From the NCBI GenBank assembly GCA_028023455.1, contig JAQFVV010000003.1, positions 11,966,001-12,030,000 of the forward strand: DNA of 64,000 nt, read 5' to 3'. Below the pieces are notes generated by a model that had not been told where the DNA came from, did no database searches, and worked only from the letters and a program-made list of their open reading frames with translations. Every line of letters starts with the position of its first letter. Position 1 is the first letter of the stretch. This document shows, in pieces, positions 49,987 to 61,938 of the stretch. Both the position numbers and the translations under genes were made by a program. Source of the stretch: Epiperipatus broadwayi (Eukaryota; Animalia; Onychophora).

Positions 49987-51752
49987 GGTACTGTTCTATT
50001 AGCCAGTGTCAGCCACTTGATGGCATTATTTATATGCAAAAGTGCATAAATATGCCATTTGTGCAGCTTCCTCCAGTTTGGATTTCTATGTAAAAGCACA
50101 GAAAAAATGTCATTTAAGCTGGTGGCAGTCGATGCCACTGCTCATGGCCTGCTTGGTGTTATGTACTTTATCCTGATGCTTACAGTTCAAAGTTTTCTAC
50201 AGTATTGTATGAAGGTGTCTGAACTTCAGACTGCCAGAACTCTTTAAATATGTGTCGAAGTAAATAGGTTACAAGTCATCTGAATTGCTATTACATTTTA
50301 AAAATTGCCAATCAATCACCATGCTTCCCTATTCGACATGGAGCTTCAAAAAATTGGCCAAGGTACATCCAAGCAAGATTTGGACAAAGGCACATGAAAA
50401 ATCACATGTGTGAAAACATGTCCATGAAAAATAAAATGGCTGCCTTGAAAATGGATCCCTTGAAAGTGTCACTACTGATGACAACCAAAGCAGGCACAGT
50501 GGATTTCTACAGAGTAATGTGCTTCCCAACTATATGAGATGTTTGTCTATGAGTTGATGTGACTCAAGGTATGCAAAACCATCCGCAACTTCATTTGTAA
50601 GTCATGTGCCTGTCATCAAAAGGGTTTGAGTCAGCAGGGAGTCTGGTTTGATCTCTTTAGAATACCTTTCTTGAAAGCTGTACATCTTCTGTACTTGTGA
50701 AGCCATGATGTGCTGACCATAGAGCATGCCCTCATCAATCTGGACAGGTGTAGAGAGGTGGTAGTCAGGTGGACCGGTGCTTTTCATGAACTGTACCATG
50801 AGCCTGGCCTCAAGACCTTTTTGTCAAATTGGAGAGTCTGGTTTGATTGTCGAGGTTGATGAAACTATTTTCACCCACAGGAAAAACTATCAGGGCAAGA
50901 TGCTTCCTCAGCAATGAGTTTTTGGGGGGATATGCCATGAGAGTGGAGAATGCTCTGCTGCCAACCTTTTGCAGGCCATATGCAAGAATGTGAAGCCTTA
51001 CTTGACCTTCTACTCAGATTTCTGGGAGGGGTACAAAACACCTGATATGCTGCAGGTTTCAAGCACCTGACTGTCAACCACCACTACAACTTTGTGGACC
51101 CTACACCAGGCACACACATACAGCACATTGAGCATCTTTGAGGCTCTCTGAAGTAGCCAAACCAAAAACATTACAAAATGGCCAGATAATCCCTTGACAA
51201 CTATCTGTGCAAGTTCATGTGGCAATGTCTTTACAAGGATGAAATAGGTTAAAAGCCATTTTAGCAGAGATGATTGAGAACAGAAACTAGTTTTCTATTA
51301 TTTGTTGTGATGGTTTTATTTTGCCTGCATTAATTGGACTCCTGTTGGCATTGTTTTTTGCAAGTTCAATTGACTTTTGCTGTTGGTGAAAGTAGTTTTG
51401 CTACATTTTGTTGTTATGGTTTACAAGTCCATGGTGTTTTCCCCAATGAATAAAACATATTGAGGTGAGTTATTTATTTAGTATTTATTTGTCATTAGAT
51501 TTTTTTAAAAAAATTAATTAATTGAATTTATTCATCAATTTTTTATTATTTCAGTATTTCTTTCATAATATGAGTTTTTGTTTTAATTTCAGTAATCAGG
51601 CAAATAATTTTTTTTTCTGCCCAGTAACATTATTTGTTTTAATTTTGGTAATCAGGCAAATAATTTTTTTCTACCCGGTAACATTATATATATGTGTTTT
51701 AGCATAGCATCAATGCCACCAAGTGGCTGACACTGGCTAATAGAACAATACC
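49987..51752 (+). mobile_element. Merlin DNA transposon, copy 2, inside the 5' LTR
   Basis: ~41-bp TIRs GGTACTGTTCTATTAGCCAGTGTCAGCCACTTGATGGCATT / AATGCCACCAAGTGGCTGACACTGGCTAATAGAACAATACC; degenerate 8-bp TSD AAGATATA/AAGAAGTA. Confidence 0.9.
50480..51290 (+). pseudogene. Merlin/ISXO2-like transposase, frameshifted
   Basis: GESGLIVEVDETIFTHRKNYQGKMLPQQ*VFGGIC (~50832-50940), SDFWEGY and HLTVNHHYNFVDPTPG. Confidence 0.85.
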
Positions 51753-54700
51753 AAGAAGTATTATTAGACTTTTATATAAAAGAAAGAAATCTGATCATAC
51801 TGAGCTAGCAGTTTATTGTTATTTAGATCTACCATAGTATTTGAAGGGGTGGGACATTGTCTGATTAGGATATTGCTTCTCTTTTTACAATACCCAATTG
51901 TGTAGGTCTCATTTGGTTAGTAGGAGATTGGAGTATGTATATAAAAAGTATAATATTAGATTTTGTGAACAATTAAATAATTATAATTATAGTATCATTG
52001 CATAATAAATAAATTAAAAGTAAGTGAATAGATTACTTAACCATGTGGCTATAATTTTTAATAATTATTTAATTAATCATTAAATTGATAATTACTATAT
52101 GGCAAAATATGATAATTTACACCATAGTATGTGCAATTAATGTATTATAATTATGTGTTGGTGGTGATGATAGTGACATTGGAAGAAATTATGAGATTAA
52201 GACTAAATATTTTATATTTTAATTAAAATGAAAGAGTCTTATGTAAATATTTTGTGGTGAGATAAAAATGAAATGTAGTTTTATCCAATGAGTTGTCATA
52301 GGGGAATAGTTGAGTTTATTACAGTGTTGCCGATGAGGAATTTATAATAAAACAGAATTTATAAAGTTTTTTTTTTCTGTATTACTAATTTATAATAGGA
52401 TTTTACAGTGAATGATTCAGAGCAAGATATAGAAAGGGTAATGCCTAGCCCCATAAAAAAACCTAGTATCAGAGAAATTAGTAAATGTGAAGAAATAGAG
52501 GAGGGGTAAATTTCAACCTCTGAAGAAGTTGTTAATGATCCAAAAAAGGATGTATATAATACAAATGTTAAGAAGTATGTTTAATATACAAATTAAAAAG
52601 CATGTGAAGCGCTTGAACGAGAAGCTATAAAGACTCCACAAATTATTATACGTTAAGCGCTTTCGAGGCCATCTGCCTCATATTCATAGCAGTAATGTTT
52701 AATGAAAATTTTGAATCTCTTAAAAGATACTAAAATTTTAAGATAATAAATCTCTAAAGAGAAGATAGTAAACAGTTAGAAAATAATCAATAATCAGTTG
52801 AATTGATATGAATGATCAAGAATTTATTGAATTGATAAATAACACATTAGAAGAAAATAGACAATCAGTTGAATTGATAAGTAAAGATATGAAAGAAAAT
52901 AGACAATCAGTTGAATTAATAAGAGAGGAATTGAAAGATAAATTTAAAAGTCTTAATGAAAGATTTAATAAAAATGAAGAAGCAATTGAGTTTTTAAAAA
53001 TAGAATTAATTCAATCTGATAAAAAACACCAAGAAATATTAGACTTTAGATTACATAAATTCACAGATAATACCATTAAAGAATTCAGAAGCCAGGTAAA
53101 AAAAAGCAGTAAATCAATGTAAAATTAGTAATGAAAATATTAACCAGAAAATAGATGTTTCCAATATAACGTTATCTGGGGATATTAAAGATTTAAAGTA
53201 TCATGTAAAATTTATTGCAGAAGAGATTGAAGTAGTAAAGGAAGAAATTACCATATTGAGAAATAAATATCTAAGAATTTACAAGGGATAGAAGTTAATA
53301 AAATAGAAGAGCATAAATATAGATCTAAAGAGGGTGAGAGTATTAAAAAGTTGTAAAAAGAGATAAAAGAGCAGATAGAAAAGCAAAATATCATATTAGA
53401 TAAAAATTGTGAACAAAGGAGGCTTGGATCAGAATTTTGATGAATTGAAAATAGAACAGAAAAATTATGTAGATTATGTGATAGGACAAATTAGTTTAGT
53501 TAGAAAATTACAAGATTTATATGCTAAAATGGAAAAAATACAGATAAGTAATAGCCATAAAGCTAAGAAATCTTTGGAGAAGACATTAATTAACCAAACT
53601 GATAATATACGTATTTTAAAGAATTATGAAATAAGATATTATAATAAAAAGATTGAAGGTGATAGTGTAATTGAAAAGAATCAGCTGAAAGAGATTGAAT
53701 TCACATAGAGTTGATGGAAGGAGATATTAGTTTAAATAGTTCAATGGTATCAAGATTTATGAAGATTAAATCTTTTAGGGAAGACTATATGGAAAACCCC
53801 TCATGTCCCTTATCTGAAAAAGAAAAGTTAGCCATCTCCTGTAACCATTTATATTGAACATCTAAGGATTGGTGGCAATCATTATTTGAATGACCTAGTA
53901 CATATGGAGATTTTAAGCATATTAGATTGACAAACTTCTGGGGAAGTAATAAACAAGACAGAATTAGGTATCAAATTACTCAAGAAAAATATCATATTAG
54001 TAAAGGCAGTTATAGTAAATTTTTCCATTGTCAAGCTATTAAGTTAAAAACTCTCATGGTCTTCCTATTGTCAGAAAATCAAATTATTAGAATAATAAGG
54101 TGTAATTAACTTGTAATATTGAGCCAATTTTGATAGTATCTGATAGATATACAATAGAGGAAGTTTAGAAATTTTAGATGCTTTAGAAATATCCACTGAT
54201 AATAGATTAAGATCCTTAAAGGATAAAGTGAATTACTCTATTTCTAATATTAACGTTTAATCAAATTTATCATATGGACTTAGGAGAGATAAGAAATATG
54301 ATAGCAATAGGATTAAGGCATTTACATATCCTAAAATGATTAATTATTCTAACAGGCCTAAAATGAGGCAGATAATTCAAAATAGTCAGCCATCCACAAG
54401 TGGCATAACCACTATATTAAAGAAACCAATACATAAAGCTAAGGATAAGGCAGTAAGATCAAACTAAAAGGGTCTTTGTATGTATGTTCCTCTTTGCAAG
54501 GACTTTTAGCTAACAAAATTAGGAACAATGGGATGTGGTTGTTAAATACTTTAGATTTAAATACTGATTACCTGAAACCATTTACTATAGGTGAACCCCC
54601 ATAACATATCAGTGCCCTATTATAACATCCATTAATGGATTAAAAGTAGAAGCATTAATTGACTCTGGAAGTCAAACTTCAATACTTTCTGAATCCACTT

Positions 54701-55127
54701 ACAATGAAATTATATGTGTGAAGGGAAATATATCTTAATTGCCAGTAAAACAAATTCAAATCCCTCTAGCAAATGGAAAGAGGAACAAGCTATCTAACAA
54801 ACAGGTCTGGATTATCTTCACTATTAATGATACTGAATTTGGGCATGTTTTTCTTATTATGCCTGAACTGATACATGAAGTCATAATACAAGATGACTTC
54901 ATGATATTGAATAAATATAAAATTGATTTTTAAAATAATATTTTTATTTGTAAAGAGGAAAGACTATGCATCCATAATATATTAATTGATGTTAGCATAA
55001 AGGCTAAAATTGCACATGTTTATATGGACAATTCTAAATTTAGTGACAATTCATATTAATTAATGTATAGCTATTAGAGCATATTTTTCAAAGTCTCTGG
55101 TATATGAGAAAGATATACCTATTAGAG

Positions 55128-56751
55128 TAGAGATGGCCAAGATGTTGACCATGATCAACCAGAATCTCTGAAAGTTGATCGCATAATTTCCTTTTTTTTT
55201 GTAATATTTGCATCTAATTTAATTTAATGCAATTCTAAAACAATTTTTTTTTCTTACATTTTTTTAAAATTCAGGAACAGCTCTAGTAAATAATTATTTA
55301 TAAATAATTTAAAATTGTAATTTAATAAATATTTTATAAAGCAACATGGACAAATTATAATACTAGAGAGAGCTGAGGTAATTTAACCTTTGTCTGATGA
55401 ATTTTCTTATTGGCCAGATTGAGAAAAATTTGAATGATTTGGTTCATTAAATATGGATTTAGCCCTTTTCCTTTCTGAAATTTATTAATGTACAATAATC
55501 AGAATTGTTTTAATTTAGCTTCTAAAAGTTGAATTATTTACATTCAAATTGATTAAATGTAATGAAAAATTTTAAATAATGTTAATAACTGAAGAAAAAT
55601 ATAAGAAAAATATATGAAAAATAGCCTACAGTAAAACAAAGGAATTATATTTCAACCAATCATGACATGAAAATACCTGTGATTTCTTGTGTCTTAGAAA
55701 TTATGATAGCTGATTATTCACTTCTGTTGTCATTTGTTTATCTAAAATTAAATATTTTTAAATAAAAATTTAAATCTAGCCACATTATTAGTCAATTTCG
55801 TGTAAAAAGTAATCATAAAATCCATAAATATTTATAAAAAATAATTGTGTTTTACTAGTTATCATCGAATGTCATTGATATGCAAATAATGGCAATATTA
55901 TTCACTTGTCTTGAATAGTGGACAGGTGTTATTCTCTTTCCCTTGATAATTTTTCTTCTAAAATTTAAAAATTTTCAAGTCAAAAATTTATATTTAGTAA
56001 ATTAATGTAAAAACTTAATTATCAACTTAATTATCAATGTCTTGCATTGGTGGTTGAGAGGTCAGCATGACTGCCTTGCACTTGCAGGCAGTTGCCTGGG
56101 TTGTGAGTTCACATCCCAGCCGATGCTATGACACAAAAAAAAACTTAATTATCAATATAAAAAATTATTAGAAATATATTATGTTCAAAATCTATTACAA
56201 AAGCATAAAACATTTGGGTTTGATTTCTGACTTTGACAGTCAGAAATGCTTGGGGAACAATAGCCAAAGTTGATAGTCAATGCTTTGCAGCACCTTATAA
56301 GGGAAAAGAGGTGGGCAGAACTATATACAATATATTACAAAACTGGCAATAGCAGATTTTTTTGGAAAAAATTTTAAATATCAATAAAGCTATGAATTTA
56401 TGATAAAATAAGCTTGAAATAGCTAAAATTTGACTAAAAATGACCAATACATGGCACAAAATATAGAAATTTCATTTCCTTTTTGTAATAATCACTTTAA
56501 AGTTAGTAGTCATAGTAAAATGTTTTCCAACAGTTCATATCTTTGAGAAAAAAAAATTCATCAGCACCATTTTGTAAGTGCATTCTAAAAAAAAAAAAAA
56601 CAGGACTTCGAACTGTTATTTTTTTTATTCCAGAAAAAATGACATTTTTTTTCTAATTTCTGGTTCAATGCTCTGAAAAAAAAATACTCACCCTCAGGTA
56701 CACTTTCACCAAAAAAGTCACTTCCAACATCTAAAAATTTGGCCACCCCTG
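55128..56751. mobile_element. Non-autonomous hAT-like element between protease and RT
   Basis: TIRs TAGAGATGGCCAA (55128) and TTGGCCACCCCTG (-56751; reverse complement CAGGGGTGGCCAA) differ only by transitions. 8-bp flanks TATTAGAG/CCATAGAA share central TAGA. Gypsy coding resumes on both sides. Confidence 0.65.
56039..56141 (+). mobile_element. tRNA-derived SINE, second copy
   Basis: GGTGGTTGAGAGG...ACTGCCTTGCA...GAGTTCACATCC...GATGCTATGAC plus A tail; 15-bp TSD AACTTAATTATCAAT (56024-56038 and 56142-56156). Confidence 0.8.
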
Positions 56752-58698
56752 CCATAGAAGTAAATTGAAAAGTAACAATCCTTTCCAATAAAAGATGTAG
56801 CCTATTCCTTATCAATAACAGAAAGAGGTACAGGATCAAATAGATCATATGCTAGAATGGAAAATAATTTAAAAGTTCCCTTCTCCTTATATTAACCCCT
56901 TGGTTATCATAAAAAGATAATACAATAAGAATCTGTTTAGATGTTCGAATGCTAAATCAAATGAGAATCCCCTGAATATGACATTCCTCTACATGTATAT
57001 GAACTCCTGATGAAATTTCATAAGAGGTCAATTTTACTCTACATTTGATCTAACTGCTAGTTATTGGCAGATACTGTTGCATGGAACCAGCAATATCCAG
57101 CATTTTGTTTTAAGAGGCAGTAATATGTCTTCAGACACATGCCCTTTGGCTTCATCAATAGCAGTGCTGAATTGATCAGATGTTTGGATATGATTTTTTC
57201 AAAGCAATTAAAGGAAAAAATAATGTATGTGGATGATATTGCTATTGCATTGGGTAGTATAACAGAGCATCTGGATCATTTACGGATGTTTTTCCAAGAG
57301 TTTCTCTAAAAATGTGAACATTAACCTGGAGAAATGCACTATAGCAGTAAAAGAAATTACTTTTATGGGTCATTTAATTAATGAACATGGTATCCAGCTC
57401 CAACCAGAAAAGATTGTGACTATACAGTGTTTCCTCATGCCAAAGACAGTACAATTAGTCGTTTTTCAATCTATATAACTATTACCATAAATTTTATGAG
57501 AACTTTGCTGAAGATATTTTATGTTGTCTAAATTACTTAAGAAAATTGAAAATTGGAGGTGGACCTCTGAACATAATGCAGAATTTAATAAAATTAAAAT
57601 ATTTTTAAAATGTGCTATTTTAGCCTATCCTGACTTTAGTAAAAAATTGTATTTACAGATAATAATTACTATGGTCTAGGAGTAGTGCTATATCAAATTG
57701 ATGATAGATAATCAGATGCTCATGTTTTATGTTTTTTAAGTAGACATTTAAGAGGGGAAGAACTGAACTACTTCATCATGAAAAAAAGGCTCTAGCTGTT
57801 AGCTGGGCATTCCAGAAATTGTACTAGTTTCTGCTAGCCTCTGAAGTGATTGTTTTGTCTGACTATAGGACCTTGGAAATTTTGAGTTGTAAGTTATCTC
57901 AATAATAAGTGACTCATGACATGGAGCTTATATCTCCAGAAATTCAATTATAGTGTCATCTATATTGAAGGGAGAACGAATATTCCTGCAGATATTCTTA
58001 GTTGCCACCCTAGCTGTCTTGTATCTCAGCATCCTAATACTCAAAACATTATTATTAGTAATGTAAATTTGATTAGAGATGAATCTATAGTTGAAGATTA
58101 TAATAATCTCACTATGATTCAAAGTCAGGATCAGAAATTAAATAAAATCATGACTCTTAAATAAACATGCTAATTTAAATAGTAATAACAGGTATATAAA
58201 AAGTGTTTTTAAAAAATATAAGATTTATCAAAATATATTAATGAATAAACTTAATGAAGTTAATAGTGAATCATAGAAAATTGTTGTACCACAATGCATA
58301 ATAGATAGATTAATAATGTATATACATTGAAGTTTATGGGCATTATGGTGTTTCTAAAATTATGTATGTACTTATCTATATTTTACTGGAACAAAATGTA
58401 CTGTAAAATAATTCAAAAAATTAAAACGTGAAATATTTTAAATCTAAACATTGTAGTAAATCATATGCAGATGTAGTACAGTCTATAATCCTTAACTGAC
58501 CTAATGAATTATTAGTGATTGATTTTTATGGGCCTCTTCCACCATTCAATTGGTAAAAATTTATATTACTTACATTCACAAAGTTGGTATTGTTAAAACA
58601 GGCAAAACTCTATATATGTATTGCCACACACAGCAAGCTAGAGTAATCAATTGATTCCAGAAGGCTTGTGCATAAAATCCCCATCTAATGCCTATTCA

Positions 58699-58755
58699 TC
58701 CAATATCTCCAGACTAGTTTCTGGCTTGTGTCCTTTGTCAGTGAGGAGCCTTGGA
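58699..58755 (-). ncRNA. Hammerhead motif with a core mutation (CTGACAA)
   Basis: Reverse complement TCCAAGGCTCCTCA-CTGACAA-AGGACACAAGCCA-GAAA-CTAGTC-TGGAGATATTGGA. Confidence 0.55.
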
Positions 58756-59140
58756 TCTGAGAGCTCTGCACCTAGATCTTAGGATTTAATGCACCTCTAG
58801 CAGCCACCTTTTATCTCCACTTAACTACAAAACTATGAGTTTTAAATTGAAGACACCTTAATATTTTCAATCCAGCAGCCACCTTTTATCTCCACGTAAC
58901 TACAAAACTATGAGTCTTAAATTGAAAACACCTTAATACTTTCAATCCAAGCTCATTAACTTATATAATCATATAGGTCTGAACTCAGTTCAGTACCCAT
59001 ACATTTTGGTGTCTTTGGTTCTTTAATAACTATAGCCTCCACTATCCTATTAGGCAGGATTGGTTTTAAGCCAATAAACATCACATGATCACCATTTCTT
59101 ATGCTTTTAGATCCTAAGATATAGGTGCAGTGCTCTTAGA

Positions 59141-59197
59141 TCCAAGGCTTCTCACTGACGAAGGCCACAAGTCAGATACTAGTCTGGGAATATTGGA
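59141..59197 (+). ncRNA. Hammerhead motif with a core mutation (GATA for GAAA)
   Basis: CTGACGA-AGGCCACAAGTCA-GATA-CTAGTC-TGGGAATATTGGA. Confidence 0.55.
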
Positions 59198-59586
59198 TGT
59201 GTAGGCACTAGATGGGGATTTTATGCACAAGCCTTCTGGCATCCATTGATTACTCTAGCTTGCTGTGTGGCAATACATATAGTGAGTTTGCCTTTTTTAA
59301 CAAGTTATAAGCAAGCATAAGAAATGGTGATCATGTAATGTTTATTGGTTTTAAACCAATCCTGACTACTAGGATAGTGGTGGCTATGGTCATTAAAGAA
59401 CCAAAGACCAAAATGTATGGGTACTGAACTGAGTACAGACCTATATGACTATATAAGCTAATGAACTTGGATTGAAAATATTAAGGTGTCTTCAATTTAA
59501 CTTGTGGTTTTGTAGTTAAGTGGATATAAAAAGTGGCTGCTAGAGGGTTGAATTAGATCCTAAGATCTAGGTGCAGTGCTCTCAGA

Positions 59587-59643
59587 TCCAAGGCTCCTCA
59601 CTGATGAAGGCCACAAGCCAGAAACTAGTCTGGGGATATTGGA
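59587..59643 (+). ncRNA. Best-preserved minimal type I hammerhead ribozyme
   Basis: Stem I TCCAA/TTGGA plus TCCTCA/TGGGGA; CTGATGA 59601-59607; helix II GGC-CACAA-GCC; GAAA 59621-59624; helix III AC-TA-GT; predicted cleavage after GUC (C59630). Confidence 0.8.
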
Positions 59644-60708
59644 TGAGTAGGCACTAGATGGGGATTTTATACACAAGCCTTTTGGCATATAATGATTACT
59701 CTAGTTTGCTGTGTGCATATAGTGAGTTTTGCCTGTTTTAACAACAGTTATAAGCAAGCATAAGAAATGGTAATCATGTGAAAGTTATTGGTTTTACTCT
59801 GCACCTAAAACTGATGGTAAAAATGTTATTAAATTCTTAATGGCATATCAGCTTCCTTCAAAAGGAAAACCTCATATAATACTAATGGACCATTGCACTG
59901 CATTTATTTTAATAAATGGAGTAACTGGATTCAGATTCAAAATATTAAGCATATTATGAGCTCCACAAGGAATTCACAATAAAATCCCTATGAGAACACA
60001 ATGCAAGAGCTAGGTAGACTATTTAGAGTATGTTTCTAATAACCATAAACAATGGGTTCATAAACTCCCTGAAGTTATAAATTATATTAATGTAACATAT
60101 GAAACCACGGGGTTTACACTTATAAGGCTTCATTACGCCAATCATGTCTTTGTTAATCAAAATACTTTTACCAGTTTTCAGGCAAGAAATTGATAGTAAT
60201 AGTGACATTGAGAAGGCTAAAGTTAAACTTCAAGTTATGGGTAAAAAGAAAATCAAAAGATCTTGTAATAAGTCACATTCATTTAAAATAAATGACTTAG
60301 TACTAATGAGAATCCATATTACCAAGGTGCAAAGAAATGTGTTTAAAAAATTCTTACATTTGTATGAGGGTCCTTACAAGATATTAAGTAGAGTGGAAGA
60401 CTGCTTCTATGCTCTTACAACCAGATGGTGTGAAAAGAATGTATAATGCCTGCAATCTAATTTTTTATTTTTCAGTAGAATGAATTATTAATATTTAAGT
60501 ATTTTATAAGTAAAAATGATATTTAAATATATAAATATGAAGTTAAAACTGTTGAATATAAGTATGAATAGCAAATGTAGTGCATTTTGATGGATAGTTG
60601 TTTTTAAAATTTTAAACTATATAAATTAAAGAAATTGTTATAATAATGATTGTTAATTTAAAAAATAAGCATTATAAAATTGAAAATTTAATAAAAGGGA
60701 GGAGAAAT

Positions 60709-61463
60709 TGTAGCCTTTCTATTTTGTTACATTATTATTATATGGTTGTAGTCAGTGATCAATTTGGTAAAAATTGTTAAATTTTATATAATGATTAGTA
60801 AAAAAATCTGTTATTTAATTTATAGGAGAAGTTAAAATATACTTTTTTTAGTATAAAACTTGCATTAATTTTCTTTAAATAGATATAACCTATAAGATAT
60901 AAATTTGAAATATAAATTATTACTATTTATTTTAAAATAATAAAATAAATAATAGTTAAAATCCTGTAAGGTATTTGAAATCAATAGTTATAATTAATAA
61001 AAATTAATATTTTTTTAATTATTACTAATCAAATTTAAATTACTATTTATTTATTGTGTTAAAATCATTTAATGATAAAATAAAAGTGAGGTGTGTGTTA
61101 ATAGGTGTGCACACATACATTTATCAAATAATAAATTAAATTTGCTTCCTGGTACATTTTGAAAAGTTGTTAATAGTGAGTCATGGTAGTATAATTGATA
61201 TTTTAATGGAATAGTGTTTTGTGATATTCCTATGCTGTTGAGAGTATACTTTTGGTATATACTTAATGTTAATCAGTAGTACAGTTAGTTTATTAAATAA
61301 TTAATTAATATTGATATAATATATTAGATATGAAATAAATAGATTTGTATTATTATAATTTTATATAAAAGAAAGAAATCTGATTATACTGAGCAAGTAG
61401 TTTATTGCTATTTAGATCTACCATAGTAGTAGGAGGGATGGATCATCATCCAGATAGGGTACA
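60709..61463 (+). repeat. 3' LTR (~755 bp)
   Basis: Matches 49092-49760 plus ~51758-51874. Confidence 0.88.
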
Positions 61464-61938
61464 ATATATATATTCAATGGTTATTCTTATCTCAGTACAT
61501 CTAACTCATAAATAATTTCATAACATTTCATTTAGTGCAACTACTTACTATATTTCTGATCTAATGCTTAAATTCTAATAAAACTTAAAATGTTAATATT
61601 GTAAAAATTTCAACTCATTTATCTAAATAGTAAAATAAGAACAAAAGGAAGCCACTGAATGGAGACCAATGTAAATGTGATGCTTCATATCAGAAGTCAA
61701 TAAGTTAGAAATTAGTCATAGAACTCTGATGTACAACTGCTAGTCCATTTTGATTTTACTCATTCCATATATTGTAGTTTCTCTAGTATAAATTATTCTG
61801 ACCTGAAGAGGCAGTTTTACTGATATTTTATCTCATCTAATCAAAATGTAAAAAAAAAGGATAAAAACTGAGACAGGATTGTTAAACTCTACTATTTTTG
61901 TGTTTGAATCCATTTAAACATATTATAAGTAACTCCAT

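Larger units (their letters stand above)
58590..59795. mobile_element. Hammerhead-ribozyme tandem-repeat element, fold-back copy 2, inside the Gypsy integrase
   Basis: Left arm ~58590-59106 is minus sense, with an internal 75-bp-period duplication at 58801/58876. Right arm ~59107-59795 is plus sense, with hammerhead cores at 59155 and 59601 (period 446). Same monomer as 1956-3190. Confidence 0.87.
52808..60450 (+). pseudogene. Gypsy gag-pol, fragmented by stops and insertions
   Basis: Coiled-coil gag with ENRQSVELI repeats (52808-53122); protease ALIDSGSQTSILSE (D at 54661); RT PSPYINPLVIIK (~56880) and YVDDIAI (57226); RNase H region with YIEGRTNIPADILS; integrase split at 58590-59795; C-terminal KFLHLYEGPYKIL. 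Confidence 0.88.
49092..61463 (+). mobile_element. Decayed full-length Ty3/Gypsy LTR retrotransposon carrying five nested insertions
   Basis: LTRs start TGTAGCCTTTCTATTTT at 49092 and 60709. PPT AAAAGGGAGGAGAAA before 60709; the 3' LTR ends GGGTACA (61463); 4-bp TSD ATAT/ATAT. Confidence 0.92.

Noticed and set aside
49751-51766. GTATTATTA (49751 and 51758) as the Merlin TSD
   Set aside because: The true TIRs map to 49987-51752. The 9-mer match is more likely low-complexity microhomology from an indel between the LTRs.
56585-56848. 87-aa minus-strand ORF
   Set aside because: Crosses the hAT TIR/Gypsy RT junction in antisense and is low complexity.
61803-61830. Possible third hammerhead family (CTGAAGA-GGCAG-TTTTA-CTG)
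   Set aside because: The GAAA box is missing and no stem I can be drawn; at best a remnant.
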